Shown here: in pieces, positions 35,606 to 46,851 of the stretch
Layout: the number at the start of each line of letters is the position of its first letter
Position numbering within the stretch: the first letter of the stretch is position 1
NCBI GenBank assembly: GCA_000004985.1
Contig: GG738896.1
Source: Naegleria gruberi
Lineage: Eukaryota
Length of the DNA: 64,000 nucleotides
Reading direction: 5' to 3' (one strand)
Notes under the pieces: model-generated
Database searches by the model: none
What the model was told of the DNA's origin: nothing
Seen by the model: the letters and a program-made list of their open reading frames with translations, nothing else
Translations under genes and position numbers: made by a program

Positions 35606-36732
35606 ATGGTGGACATTATTTTCAATGTTTGTATTCGGGTAGGTTTAATTTATTTGATTGGATACAAATTATTTAGTTGGATTTGCGAGATGGTTTCATT
35701 TGCATTTGTTGAATTGACACTTGTTGTTTCTGTTTTGAGTTTTGGTGTTTTTGTTGGAGTGTTTTATACTGCTTGGTATAATGCTGAGAAAATTACAATG
35801 AGAGATTATATTGGAGTATTTATTACAGTGATCGGAATTTTAATATCTGTCATATTTTCAGACAAAATAGTATGTATTTTGTGAATGGAATTGATTATTA
35901 GAAATAATAATAGTATCAACCATTACATCCAATTACAATCTCCTTCATTTCAGGTCAAATTCTCGACTTTAACATTCCAATTTTATTTGTAATTTTAATT
36001 GTGATTTTACCATTCATTTTGATTGTTTTGGGAATTTTCAGAGTTTTCAAAAATGTCTTTTTCAATTCATCCATTTCTGCAACGTAGGTTGACTTTATAA
36101 TTTTGAAATTTATTATTTTAGATTTGCTGCATCTAATTTTATTATATTTAAATTATTTATTGAACTTGTAAAGACATCTGTTGAAACTGATGATAATCAA
36201 TTCAAACATTGGGCCACTTATTTAATTTTGATATTATCCGTTGTATATACAATTTTACACACTCACTTTACTCAAGTAACTCTTGTCCAATATGAATTTA
36301 GTATGTTTTTAAACATAATTTATTGAAGAATATTCATAATAACTTTTATTAGCCATTTCAAATGTTCTCTATTATACCATCATGTCATTTATTACTGTTT
36401 GTGGAGGTGAATTAATTTTCCGTGAATGGTCAGATACTGAAATATTCCAATTAGTTTTATTATTTATTGGATGGTTTATTCAATTTATTGGAATTTTACT
36501 TTTATTGGGATCTCACACAAATACCAATTCGATTTATCCACTCACTCAACTTAATGATTCACACAATGGTCAACTAGTTAGAGTTTCCAATGTTGATTTG
36601 GACTTTGATTCTGATTCCGATAATGAAAACAGTAAATCTGAAAAACAACAATCTGCCCTTCTCCAAGATGAAGAAGACGAAACCATGTTGGAAGAAACAG
36701 AAGACTTGGAACAACCAAAAACCAATCACTAA
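35606..36732 (+). CDS. NIPA-like (DUF803) magnesium transporter family membrane protein, 4 exons
   Basis: Exons: 35606..35869, 35914..36083, 36122..36300, 36353..36732. Introns of 44, 38 and 52 nt, with GTATGT, GTAGGT and GTATGT donors. The protein is colinear with human NIPA2 segments (…ILFKEWQDM vs ELIFREWSDTE; IYYVFFTT vs VLYYTIMSF). Confidence 0.6.
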
Positions 36733-36875
36733 ATTTAATATAAAAAATATCTATTAACTTTTACAATATGAAAAATCTCACATGATAACTTCCATTAAGA
36801 AGTTCCAACAATTGATTCTCATAAACTTGAACAGACAATAGAAAAAATTGGAGTAACACAAACACACATGAAAAC

Positions 36876-38476
36876 ATGAACATACAGGAAGAAGTAAATC
36901 ATCAACAGCAACAGGAAACTTCTCCTAGAACACCACTCAGTGAATCTCCTCCTCTTCCTTCAACAACATCTCTTTTATCTGATAATCATCATGATGATAC
37001 TAACCCAATGAATAATAACAATAACAATAATAATACTAGTAGTGATGATAATAATAAGAATAATAATATAACAATTGATGATCCTATGGAAGAAAAGGAT
37101 GAAGAAGAAGAAGAAGAACATTTTGAAAGACCAAAAAACCTCTCCTCCTTTCTTTTATTATTAAAACAATCTAAAACATATAGGAATTTATTTAAGAAGT
37201 TTTTGGGATTATTATGTATATTGGTAGTGGTGATTTTGTGGACATTGGGAGGTGAAGCAATTCAATTAATTTATTCAGATATGGACTATGAGAAACCTTT
37301 TCTGGTCACCTATATTAGTACTAGTTTATTTTCAATTTACTTGTTGGGATTTATATTTGTTGGAACGTGGAGAAGACCATTGTTAAAAAGTGTATCTTGG
37401 TTGATTAGAGCTAGTTTAAATTGTTGTTTACCAAAACAGGTGTGTGAAAGAATGGGAATTTCACAAATTGATAGAAGAGAATATTCTAGAGTTGGGTCAG
37501 CAAGTCAAGATTTAAGTCAAACACAAGTTGAAAATCAATCAAATGATGTGGATGTTGGAAAAACATTTAGATTGGCTGTGATTGTGACATTCTTTTGGTT
37601 CTTTTCAAATACTGCTTATAATTATGCATTACTTTATACCAGTGTGGCCAGGTAAGTGTTCTTCCTGATCATTGATTCGACAATTTTACAATATTTAGTG
37701 ATACAATCATTTCTAATACTTCATGTTTATTTACATTTCTAGTTGGTTTATTAATTGGTGTGGAAACTCATTTCAGTGTTTTACGATTTATTGCAATTCT
37801 TGTGACCTTATCAGGTGTTGCACTTGTAACTTTATCAGATAGTCATCACAATGGAACAGGAATGAAAACAGATACTGTTTTGGGTAATATGCTTAGTTTA
37901 TTAGCAGCTATGGGATATGGTATCTATAGTTCAATATTGAAAAAGTATGAGGAAAATGTTTCAATGGCCATGATGTTTGGATTTGTTGGAATTTTGAATT
38001 TATTCTTCAATTGGCCAATTTTATTCATTCTTTGGGGATTGGATGTAGAAACATTTGAATTACCTTCTTGGAAAATATTCTTTGCAACAGTTGTTAATAG
38101 TTTAATTTCTGCTGTTTTGAGTGATTTATTATGGGCATTGGCAGTTGTCTTGACATCTCCAGTAATTGCCACAGTTGGTTTAACTCTAACAATTCCATTT
38201 GCCATCGTTTGTGACATGTTAATTCGTTCAGATTTTTCAGCGTTCAATGTAATGTATGCATTTGGTACTCTATTTGTCTTGTTTGGATTCATTGCTGTTA
38301 ACACATCATATTATCTTCCAAAGAAAGCTAGAAAATATGATCAACCATACTTTTGCAGTGTTGCCTATCTTGTTACAAAGGTAAAACCACTCATGCTTTC
38401 TTCCACCCCTGTTGGAGATATTGAGTCAAACAAAACTATTCGAAATTCCAATAACCAATCACCAAATTCTCATTAA
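36876..38476 (+). CDS. SLC35F / EamA-like (drug-metabolite transporter superfamily) membrane protein, 2 exons
   Basis: Exons: 36876..37651 and 37699..38476. The 47-nt intron (GTAAGT…TTTAG) reconstitutes the EamA motif YTSVAR|SDTIISNTSCLFTFL. Ten predicted TM segments. N-terminal N-rich tract. Confidence 0.7.
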
Positions 38477-38702
38477 CATGATGATATTAAATTTGATAAT
38501 GGATTACAATAAAACCATTACCAATTTTCTTGAAATATTAGGTACCTACTTTGGTATTTTGACAAACTAGTTCATCATATCATCTGTTTGACAAGTCATT
38601 CGAAAGAATTGATTAAAAACATCCAAATGGGTTGTTTCTTAGGACACAAAAAAAACTTCATCACAACCTCTTTATTCAAACAACCCATATATTTCTTCTA
38701 CA

Positions 38703-41055
38703 ATGTTATTCAGAATTACAGTTGTTAAATGTACTGATCTTCCACCCATGGATGCCAATGGACTATCCGATGGTTTTTGTGAATTGTGGGTTGTCAATTC
38801 GAAAACCAACAAATACCTCGAACCACCAAAGAATCAAAATGAAATTAAACGTACACAAATTGTCATGAAGAATTTAAATCCAGTCTTTAATGAAACTTTT
38901 GAATTTGATTTTAGTGAAAAGTTGAAGAGACGTGAAATTGATTTTGCAACAAGAGTATCAGAGGAAGATGATATTGATGATGATTATATTCTTGATGATC
39001 CGATGGATAATTTATTAATGATTAGAATTGTTGATTATGACAAATTCACAAAGAATGATGGTATGTATTGAATGATGGTTGTTATATAGTAGCTATATTG
39101 TTCATGATGTTACTACTGATGATGTTATTGATGATGACGATCAAAACTTGTGGATTGTTGTGAAATTGTTGAATATTATGATTTTATATAATTGATTGAA
39201 TAATATAATTAATTGAATATGATGATATTGAATAGTAATTGGATTTGTTCTACTTCAAGTATTCGGATTGAATTTAAAACCAAATGAAAAGCAACGTAGA
39301 ACTTTTCCAATTGTTGGTTCTGATCAGGGTTCTATTGAATTGATTATTGAATCTGTTTATGATCCAAAATCAATGCAAGGTTCTAGTTTTGCTAATTTAC
39401 CAGCTGTTTCCTCACTTTCATATGAAGCTGATGCTCCTTCAAATGTTATCATGACAGTTGGTCCAGTGATTGGTTTAGTAAAGAGTACTAGTGCTAGAAT
39501 TCTTGTGGAATGTTCGAAAGATTTGATTAATAATAATGATTCCGAGTTGGTATTGGATGTGGTTTGTTATCCAATTTGTGAAAGATCTCATTTAGAGAAG
39601 AGAGATGATTATCTCAATAAGCGTTTATTGCATCTACATATGCATGATACTCATGGTTCTTATCATGAAGCTATTCTTAAACGTTCACTTTTAACAAAAT
39701 CAAAGAGGGAAACTCTTAAAGCAACTAATATAATCAAAAAGAAGGTCATTATTCCAAATGCCAACATTCCACACACCTTTACAATTGAAGGTTTATCTCC
39801 AGATTATGTTTATAGAGTTGAATTCCCTAATGTTGTTAATACCAAGACAAGAGTTGGTATTATCAAGACAATGGTTAGTGATAATTTGGGAAATCTCAAT
39901 ACTAGATCACACCATTTGAACACGGCAGCTGTTAGTTGCAATTTAATTGAAAGACGTATTCCTGATAAGGATGTTTGGGAAAGAATGTTAGAAAAAGTTG
40001 ATGAACTTGACATTTTAATGCATTGTGGTGATCAAATTTATAGTGATTGTGGTCACAATGCATTCGATGAAGCAAAAAGAATTTGTGATGGTAGAATTAA
40101 ACTTGAAAAGGATGAGGAAAATGAAATTAAGGAACTTTTTAGAAAGTATTACAGATTAAATTGGAATCACCCTCCAACTAGAAGAATCATGTCTCAAGTT
40201 TCAAATTTAATGATCTTGGATGATCATGAAATTAGAGATGATTGGGGATCTGATGAATGTGATAAGGATAAGGGATCTGTTGAATATTATATTGGTAGAT
40301 TGGCACGTGAAGTTTATTGGGAATATCAAAGAAGTCTCAGAGAAGATGTCCTCTCAATGAATTATGAGGAAACTTTCAAGAAACATGAAGGATATTATCA
40401 TGTGTTTGGTGATTATGCAATCTTATTCTTAGATTTGAGAGCTGCTCGTTCATTCAATTCAGAATTGTCAGGAGATAAACCATTCCTAACACAACCTCAA
40501 TGGGATGATTTAAATAATTGGCTTTTCAAGGATAATAATGCCCTTGCTTCTGAGAATATAAAGGCATTGATTTGTGTCTGTTCCGTTCCATTAGTTTTCC
40601 TTAATAAGAAGATGACTGATAGTTTACCAAAGATTACTTCTAAACTTTCAGATATGAGAGACCACTGGAATTATGGACATCAATTTAATGAACAAATTGG
40701 TATTCTCAACTCAATTAATAGATGGAAGAAAGAACAGCCAAATAGAGAAGCAGTATTTGTTGCTGGTGATGTACATATTGGAGGTGTTACTGAAATTATG
40801 TATAATAATGAAATGGTATTGAAACAATTAACCACTAGTTCTGTTTCTAACAATGAATTTTCATGGTGTTTAGGATTATCAATGAGATTTATGCTCACTA
40901 AGAGTTCAGAACTCAAAGAAGGTTGGACATTTAAACATCAAAAGTGGACAAGAAAACGTAATTATGGAATTCTTAATATTGCAACAGACGGTGAAAAAGT
41001 TACACCAGTGATGAATCCTTACTTGAATACTTACATTAAATCATATAGATATTAA
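38703..41055 (+). CDS. C2 domain fused to PhoD-like metallophosphoesterase, 2 exons
   Basis: Exons: 38703..39060 and 39260..41055. 199-nt intron. C2 features: CTDLPPMDANGLSDGFCELWV, LNPVFNETFEFDF, IVDYDKFTKND|V. PhoD-like motifs in exon 2: HCGDQIYSD, ILDDHEIRDDWG, FVAGDVHIGG. Confidence 0.7.
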
Positions 41056-41117
41056 ACAATTTCAATCTTCTTCACAACAATAAAATTGTAAATATTTCAA
41101 AGTTCATCTTGTAAAAA

Positions 41118-43587
41118 ATGGGCAACAAGGCATCAACACAGGGCAGAATTGGAAGATCTAGATTGGAAATAATTGATTGGAATGATGAGGAGGGAATCAT
41201 ACCACCACCATCATCGGTTATTAAAATATGGAATAGACACGATTTATTGGAGCAAACTTTGACCGATCGAGTAGATATTGACTATTACTATAGAAAATCG
41301 TTGGATAGCAAACCTTTCAAGGTAATTATTAAATATTATTATAATTATTTAATAATAATTAAAAGGTGAATTTATTGTCTGAAGGCTACACTAAGGATCA
41401 AGTTGCCGATTTTGAAACTCATCCCCATCCATCCTATAGATCTAATAATAGGAAAATTTGTTTAAGACTTAAAGAATTGTTTAACAGGATTGAATTGGAA
41501 AATCTGATGGAACATTTGGAAAAACTCCAGTTTCATTCTTTGGAAAAGGAATATCCAAAAGAATATAGAAATTGTAAGAGAGTTTTAATTAAGAGCAAAC
41601 CAATGGCAGATGCTATTTGGAATAGAATTAAACCAATGTTGAAGGTTTCAGATTTTAAAGATTTGAGACCTTATGGATTTGACAATGAAGGATTGTGGAA
41701 ACCTATTGGAATTAATGAAGTATTAAGAATTTCAAAATATGAGGAGGGTGGATATTTCAAACCTCATATGGATGGTCAATTTGTTATCGATGATAATCGA
41801 AAGAGTATTTTAACTGTATTAATTTATTTGAGCCAAAGTTTTAGTGCAGGAACAAATTATTATCATTGTATTGAAAAGAAAGATAATTCTCTATTATTGC
41901 AACACGTACTCTCTACTAATTGCAATATTGGTGATTGTATTCTTTTTAATCATGAAATTTTTCATAGCGGAGAGCCAGTAGATTATGGTACCAAGTATGT
42001 ACTCAGAACTGAAATTATCTTCCAACGTGTAGATGAGGATAATGTTTCTCGTACTGATTATAAACTCAGTCAAGAATATCAGAATATTAAGAACCTTGTT
42101 GAGGAAAGTGATAGATTGGAAAAAGAAGGGGATATTGAAAAATCTACCAAAGTTTACCTTGAAGCTCAATATTTACAAATGAACATTTCATCAAATCTTC
42201 AATGTAGTAAGCCAAGCTTTTTGGAAAGCACACTTCCATCAGAGGTCTTATCACTAATTTTCAGCTATCTTACTCCTACAGAGGTCTGTACGAGTATTGT
42301 CTATCTGAACAGGAATTTGAATGCGAGTGCAAGAGACCAATACACTTGGAAACAAAGATACAAAGACGAATGGTGCGACATCTCAAAAAATGGGTTTGAC
42401 TATAACTCTACCATTATGAAAATGGAAGAGGATATATTTCATGACCTCACAGATTGGTTTCATTTATTTGTTTCCAGGAAAAATCTTGATAAGGAATTTT
42501 GTGCATTTATTGTTAATCCAGGTCCAAATTATTTCAGGTATGCCCTCAAGAGTGATTCAAATATGAGATTTGAGATTTCATATAGTGGAATTGGAATACA
42601 TAGCCAGTAAGTTTAAATTCAAAGATCATGACCTAACATCACATCTTTGTAAATAGTTTTTTCTTTCCTGGAAAAGGGCTTAACGATCTATTTCTTGGTG
42701 ATGCAGGAAAGCAATACCAAAGACTTTATGATCCTATTGATTTATTCATAGATCAAGAAGCAGTTGATCCTATGATTTTAGCTTGTTTTATTGAGTACAT
42801 ATTGAGAGATTCTTTGGACTTGAGTTTGAAACAATATCCAGTACTCCTAGCCAAACCATTCATGTTTTCAAGTGAGGACGAGGAGATTTTGAAAGATATT
42901 CTTGTAAGTTATTAAGTTTATATAATGAAATCTAGAATTGGATAGTTTGGAGCTGGAATACCTGCACTTCATATCGAACACTCTTACACATTGATTTCCT
43001 TATATTATGGAATGCCTAATTGTACAATAATAGATATACGCCCAGATTATGTAGGTGTTGCAGTTGTAGAAAATGGAAAACCATTACCAACATCAACATT
43101 CTTCTCACCAGACTTGACTAATTTTAAACATCATATTAAAGCTCACTATGATATGGACTGGCCAAACAAGTTCGTCCAACAAAATGCAATAGTAAGAATT
43201 GATGAAGATGATAGTTCATCAGTTCAGTATGGATTTGGAGAGTTATTTTACACAACAATTTTACCATACATTGAGGAATTTTTACAAAAATTAGAGAATG
43301 CTCCTCCAAGTACAATTATTAGAGGTGAATTATCACTTGTTCCGGGGCTTGTAACAAGATTAATTAAGGATCTTTCTGGAAAATTTGTGGAGAAAAACTT
43401 TACATTCACTCACGACCCTGAAAATTGTGTTTGGGATATTTTGAAGGGAGGTAAAATAATGTCAAATCTAAGTGATTTCAAAGAAAAATGTCAAAAGAGT
43501 GGAAACTATGAACAAGTTTGCCATCCTTCGCAATATGCTACTTTTGATCAACTTTCTCAAAAAATCAAACAATCAAATAACAAGTAA
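41118..43587 (+). CDS. fusion protein: N-myristoylation signal, prolyl-4-hydroxylase-like 2OG-Fe(II) oxygenase, F-box, divergent actin-related protein (Arp), 4 exons
   Basis: Exons: 41118..41321, 41366..42606, 42657..42903, 42946..43587. Introns of 44, 50 and 42 nt, with GTAATT, GTAAGT and GTAAGT donors. N-terminus MGNKAS. Oxygenase HxD…H…R triad: PHMDGQF, FHSGEPV, KYVLRTEI. F-box: LPSEVLSLIFSYLTPTEVCTSIVYLNRNL…W. The Arp N-terminal subdomain begins in the same continuous ORF (FIVNPGPNYFRYALKSDSNMRFEISYSGIG, compare actin [28 protein letters not shown]). It continues through LFLGDAGKQY, PVLLAKPF, TIIDIRPDYVGVAVVENGKPL and IIRGELSLVPGL. Confidence 0.6.
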
Positions 43588-43684
43588 TCCTAAGTTCAGG
43601 AAGGCTGTTGCTGGTATGGGTAAATTGATTATTTCTGAAATTTACATCAATATGGTTGTTACAAAGAAGTTCATATCATAAAAA

Positions 43685-45280
43685 ATGGATCAAGTTAATA
43701 CATGTTCAATCTTGGATTTAGATCAAGATTACCTCGATCTTATTCTGTCATTCTGTCCGAATAGAGGATGTTATGAAATTCAATCGATGAGACATGTTTG
43801 TAAGGTTTGGAATTTGTTATTGACTGGACAGGGTTCTGAAAGCTCTTCCGATATTGCTTCCCTTCATCAAAGTATATCAAAAACAATTAAGGAAGTATTG
43901 AAGAATGATAATTTTCGTGAAAGAGTTGAAAAAGTCTATTTACCTCGATTGTATTATCAAATATTTCTTGATTTCTTGCCCAGAGATGAACCATTGGACA
44001 GTTTAATGATTCCTATCATGAATGCTTTTAAAAACAAATTTGGTGATGAGGCAGTTAGAAGAATTTCTAGAGTAGAATTTGAAGTTGATTTCATGATGGA
44101 AAACCATCAAGTTCTGGAGAATGTAGAACATACAGTGGATAAGACAATAATATTATCAAATGAAAGATCCGATGAAGAATTTAAAAGTATTGAAAATCCA
44201 AACAAGTTATTCCATGTAGACTTCGAAAAGAAGAACAATCCAGAAGAATTCTTTGCCAAGTACAAACCACTGGATGAGATATTCGGAGAATGGAAAAATC
44301 GACCATTCATAGATAATGATATGCTTGTTAATCCTTACAGATTATATAGAAAAGTAATTCTTCAGTTTAAAGTTTATAGTGAGGAGTTTTTCTCTAAGGG
44401 AGTTTTAAGATTACCAAGTACAGAAATATCAATTGGGGATTCGAGTAATATTTATGAAGAAACTGATGTTGCACTTAAAAGTTGCTTAATTCGTAATTAT
44501 TCATACCAAGAAACAACAGTGTACAAGTTTAAACCTATTGATCCTAGGAAAGATATGGAAAAATTGATGGAGTATACTATTTACTACTTTTTAAAACATA
44601 GATTACTGAGAAGAATGGATAAAATTAATTTGAGTTTGAAAGAATTATTGGAAGATAGTAAGATTAATTACCTAACTCAATTAAATAGGGAGGATCAATA
44701 TTACTTTCTGACAATGAGAGAATCTATGTTGAAGAAGTGTAGAGATTCATTAATATCTGATGTTCGACATTTCAATGGTCCTATTTCAGAAAAGATAAAT
44801 GCCTCTAACGCTTGGACTACTGTTGGTCATCGAATAGAACATTACCTTTCTTTAACCTGCTTAGATACAATGAACAATTATCAAAGAGTCAACTTTCTCA
44901 AACAATTTTTCAACTTTATGTACAAGGAAAAACTCAACATTTCGGAGAAAGTGAGGAAAGAAGTTTTCAAGAAATTTGGAATTGATCATATTGGGAAATC
45001 TTTCACATTCACTGAGACACCAAACAGCCTTAATTTAACTGATATTGTAATGAGCTTTGAGAAAGAATTCGATCACGACAAGAATACCGTTTATTGTCAC
45101 GAATTCATCTTCCCTTCTTTTCCTATAATGTCCATATGTGATGTTAAAGAAACTACTCCGTTCAATACAAGCAAAAAGACAACAAACGATTACAGTTCTA
45201 GGTGCTGCTGCTCAAACCTATTTCAATGTTGCAGAGCACTTTATGGTGTAATGTTTCACCCTGACAGATTTGAAGATTAA
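43685..45280 (+). CDS. F-box-like domain protein with orphan C-terminal region
   Basis: 531-aa ORF. N-terminal ILDLDQDYLDLILSFCPNRGCYEIQSMRHVCKVWNLLL fits the F-box consensus. Cys-rich C-terminus RCCCSNLFQCCRALYG. Confidence 0.55.
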   Translation: MDQVNTCSILDLDQDYLDLILSFCPNRGCYEIQSMRHVCKVWNLLLTGQGSESSSDIASLHQSISKTIKEVLKNDNFRERVEKVYLPRLYYQIFLDFLPRDEPLDSLMIPIMNAFKNKFGDEAVRRISRVEFEVDFMMENHQVLENVEHTVDKTIILSNERSDEEFKSIENPNKLFHVDFEKKNNPEEFFAKYKPLDEIFGEWKNRPFIDNDMLVNPYRLYRKVILQFKVYSEEFFSKGVLRLPSTEISIGDSSNIYEETDVALKSCLIRNYSYQETTVYKFKPIDPRKDMEKLMEYTIYYFLKHRLLRRMDKINLSLKELLEDSKINYLTQLNREDQYYFLTMRESMLKKCRDSLISDVRHFNGPISEKINASNAWTTVGHRIEHYLSLTCLDTMNNYQRVNFLKQFFNFMYKEKLNISEKVRKEVFKKFGIDHIGKSFTFTETPNSLNLTDIVMSFEKEFDHDKNTVYCHEFIFPSFPIMSICDVKETTPFNTSKKTTNDYSSRCCCSNLFQCCRALYGVMFHPDRFED

Positions 45281-45394
45281 TTTCTCATGATATAATCACC
45301 AAATTATTCAAGGTTGGAGTTATAAAGGAATTAAATGAGGAAACCTCAAAAGAGTTACACATGAATATTAATTTTGTAAATATCGGAATTGAAT

Positions 45395-46401
45395 TTATCT
45401 GAGTAACATTTTTCTTGCCTTATCTTGATCATTAGAGAAGGAAAATGTTCCAACAATTGTTTCAGCAGATTGTCTTCTATCATAAATTTGAGAACAAATA
45501 ACATCCAAAACCTTAATCTTATCATTGTCCATATCCAAAACGTTCAAAATTGAAACAGCGTCATTACATGACATTTGTGCAATATTATTTGTTGACTTCA
45601 ATTGGTTAATTACCTTGACTTGATCATTGGCAAAATCAAATAATTTAAGAATTGTCACTAAATCCATGGCCATAATTGGACTACATTCGGCAGATGAATA
45701 CGAAACAACTGCCTTGACCTTATCTGAATCGAAAGTTGAATTCTTACAAGCTGCAATAATTTTTTGAGCCAAACCACCAGATGAATAATTAGTGACAGGT
45801 GGAGGTGTATAATTATTTTGTGGAGGAGGTGTATATGTTGATGTGGAAGTGGTATGTGTAGAAACAGTCATATTTGGCATTCCCATGTTGAAACCAATTC
45901 CAACTCCTGGCATACCCATATTCATATTTACTCCAACAGTTGGTTGCACACCAATTGACATGTCAACGGTAGGTTGCATAGTGACAGTATTATAATTTGA
46001 TTCATAAGTTGTGGTATTCATTGTCATTCCAATAGTTGGTTGAGCATTCATTGTAGAATATCCATTAGAAACAGTCATTCCTACAGTTGGCTGAACATGT
46101 ACAGTTGGTTGTGCACTAACTCCTACACTCAATCCAACACTTGGTTGAGTACTCACTGTAGAATATCCATTATTGGTTGAGGCAGACACTGTCATTGTTG
46201 GTTGAACAGTGGTATGAACATTTCCTGACACTGTGACACTTGGTTGAACATGAACATTACCGGACACTGTTACTGTTGGTTCCTCATCATAGGCTCCAGC
46301 CAATGAATTTTCTAAACATTCAACAAATAATTTAGAACTAACCAAAATTAACGAAACTTACGGTGACTAACACTCCTGAAAATACTTCTAAAGAATGACA
46401 T
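45395..46401 (-). CDS. QPTV-repeat protein with C-terminal DUF4476-like domain, 2 exons
   Basis: Exons on minus strand: 46401..46362 and 46311..45395. The 50-nt intron (GTAAGT…TTTAG) gives the N-terminus MSFFRSIFRSVSHQ|NSLAGAYDEEP. Tandem (V/M)(S/T)…QPTV repeats, a P-rich linker, and a C-terminal globular domain (…FSNDQDKARKMLLR). Confidence 0.55.
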
Positions 46402-46851
46402 GAAGATGCTTAATGTTGTTGAATTGTTTTTTTGTTGTTAAAAGTTTTAAATTGAAAGCCAACATGATGGATTTGATGCACACAATCTTAACATGGCGTA
46501 CTGGGAGGTTACACCCTCGGTGTAGCATCATTAGAAACTTTGCAGTGTGACATTCAGATTTTTCCCATGCCGATTGCGGGGGAGGACCTACAGTACTGTT
46601 TTAACATTTGGCTCACAACGTTTGATTGCCGTTGTTTAGTACATACAGTAATACCAAAAATCTTGAGATTTGACTTTGCGTGCTCAGTACTATTAAAAAG
46701 GAAGACATTCGGGAAGTCCGTTATAATCGGACCGAAAAAAAAATGTGCGTTATCAAAATATCTATTGAGAATGTCTAATGTTATTCCTTAAACTGTCTTA
46801 ATGTTCAATGAAATGTGGTCGCTCTGTATTAGAATCAGCTATCTTGTTGTA

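Noticed and set aside
37924-38304. 126-aa minus ORF
   Set aside because: It lies inside and antisense to the SLC35F-like exon 2. It has no protein-like features.
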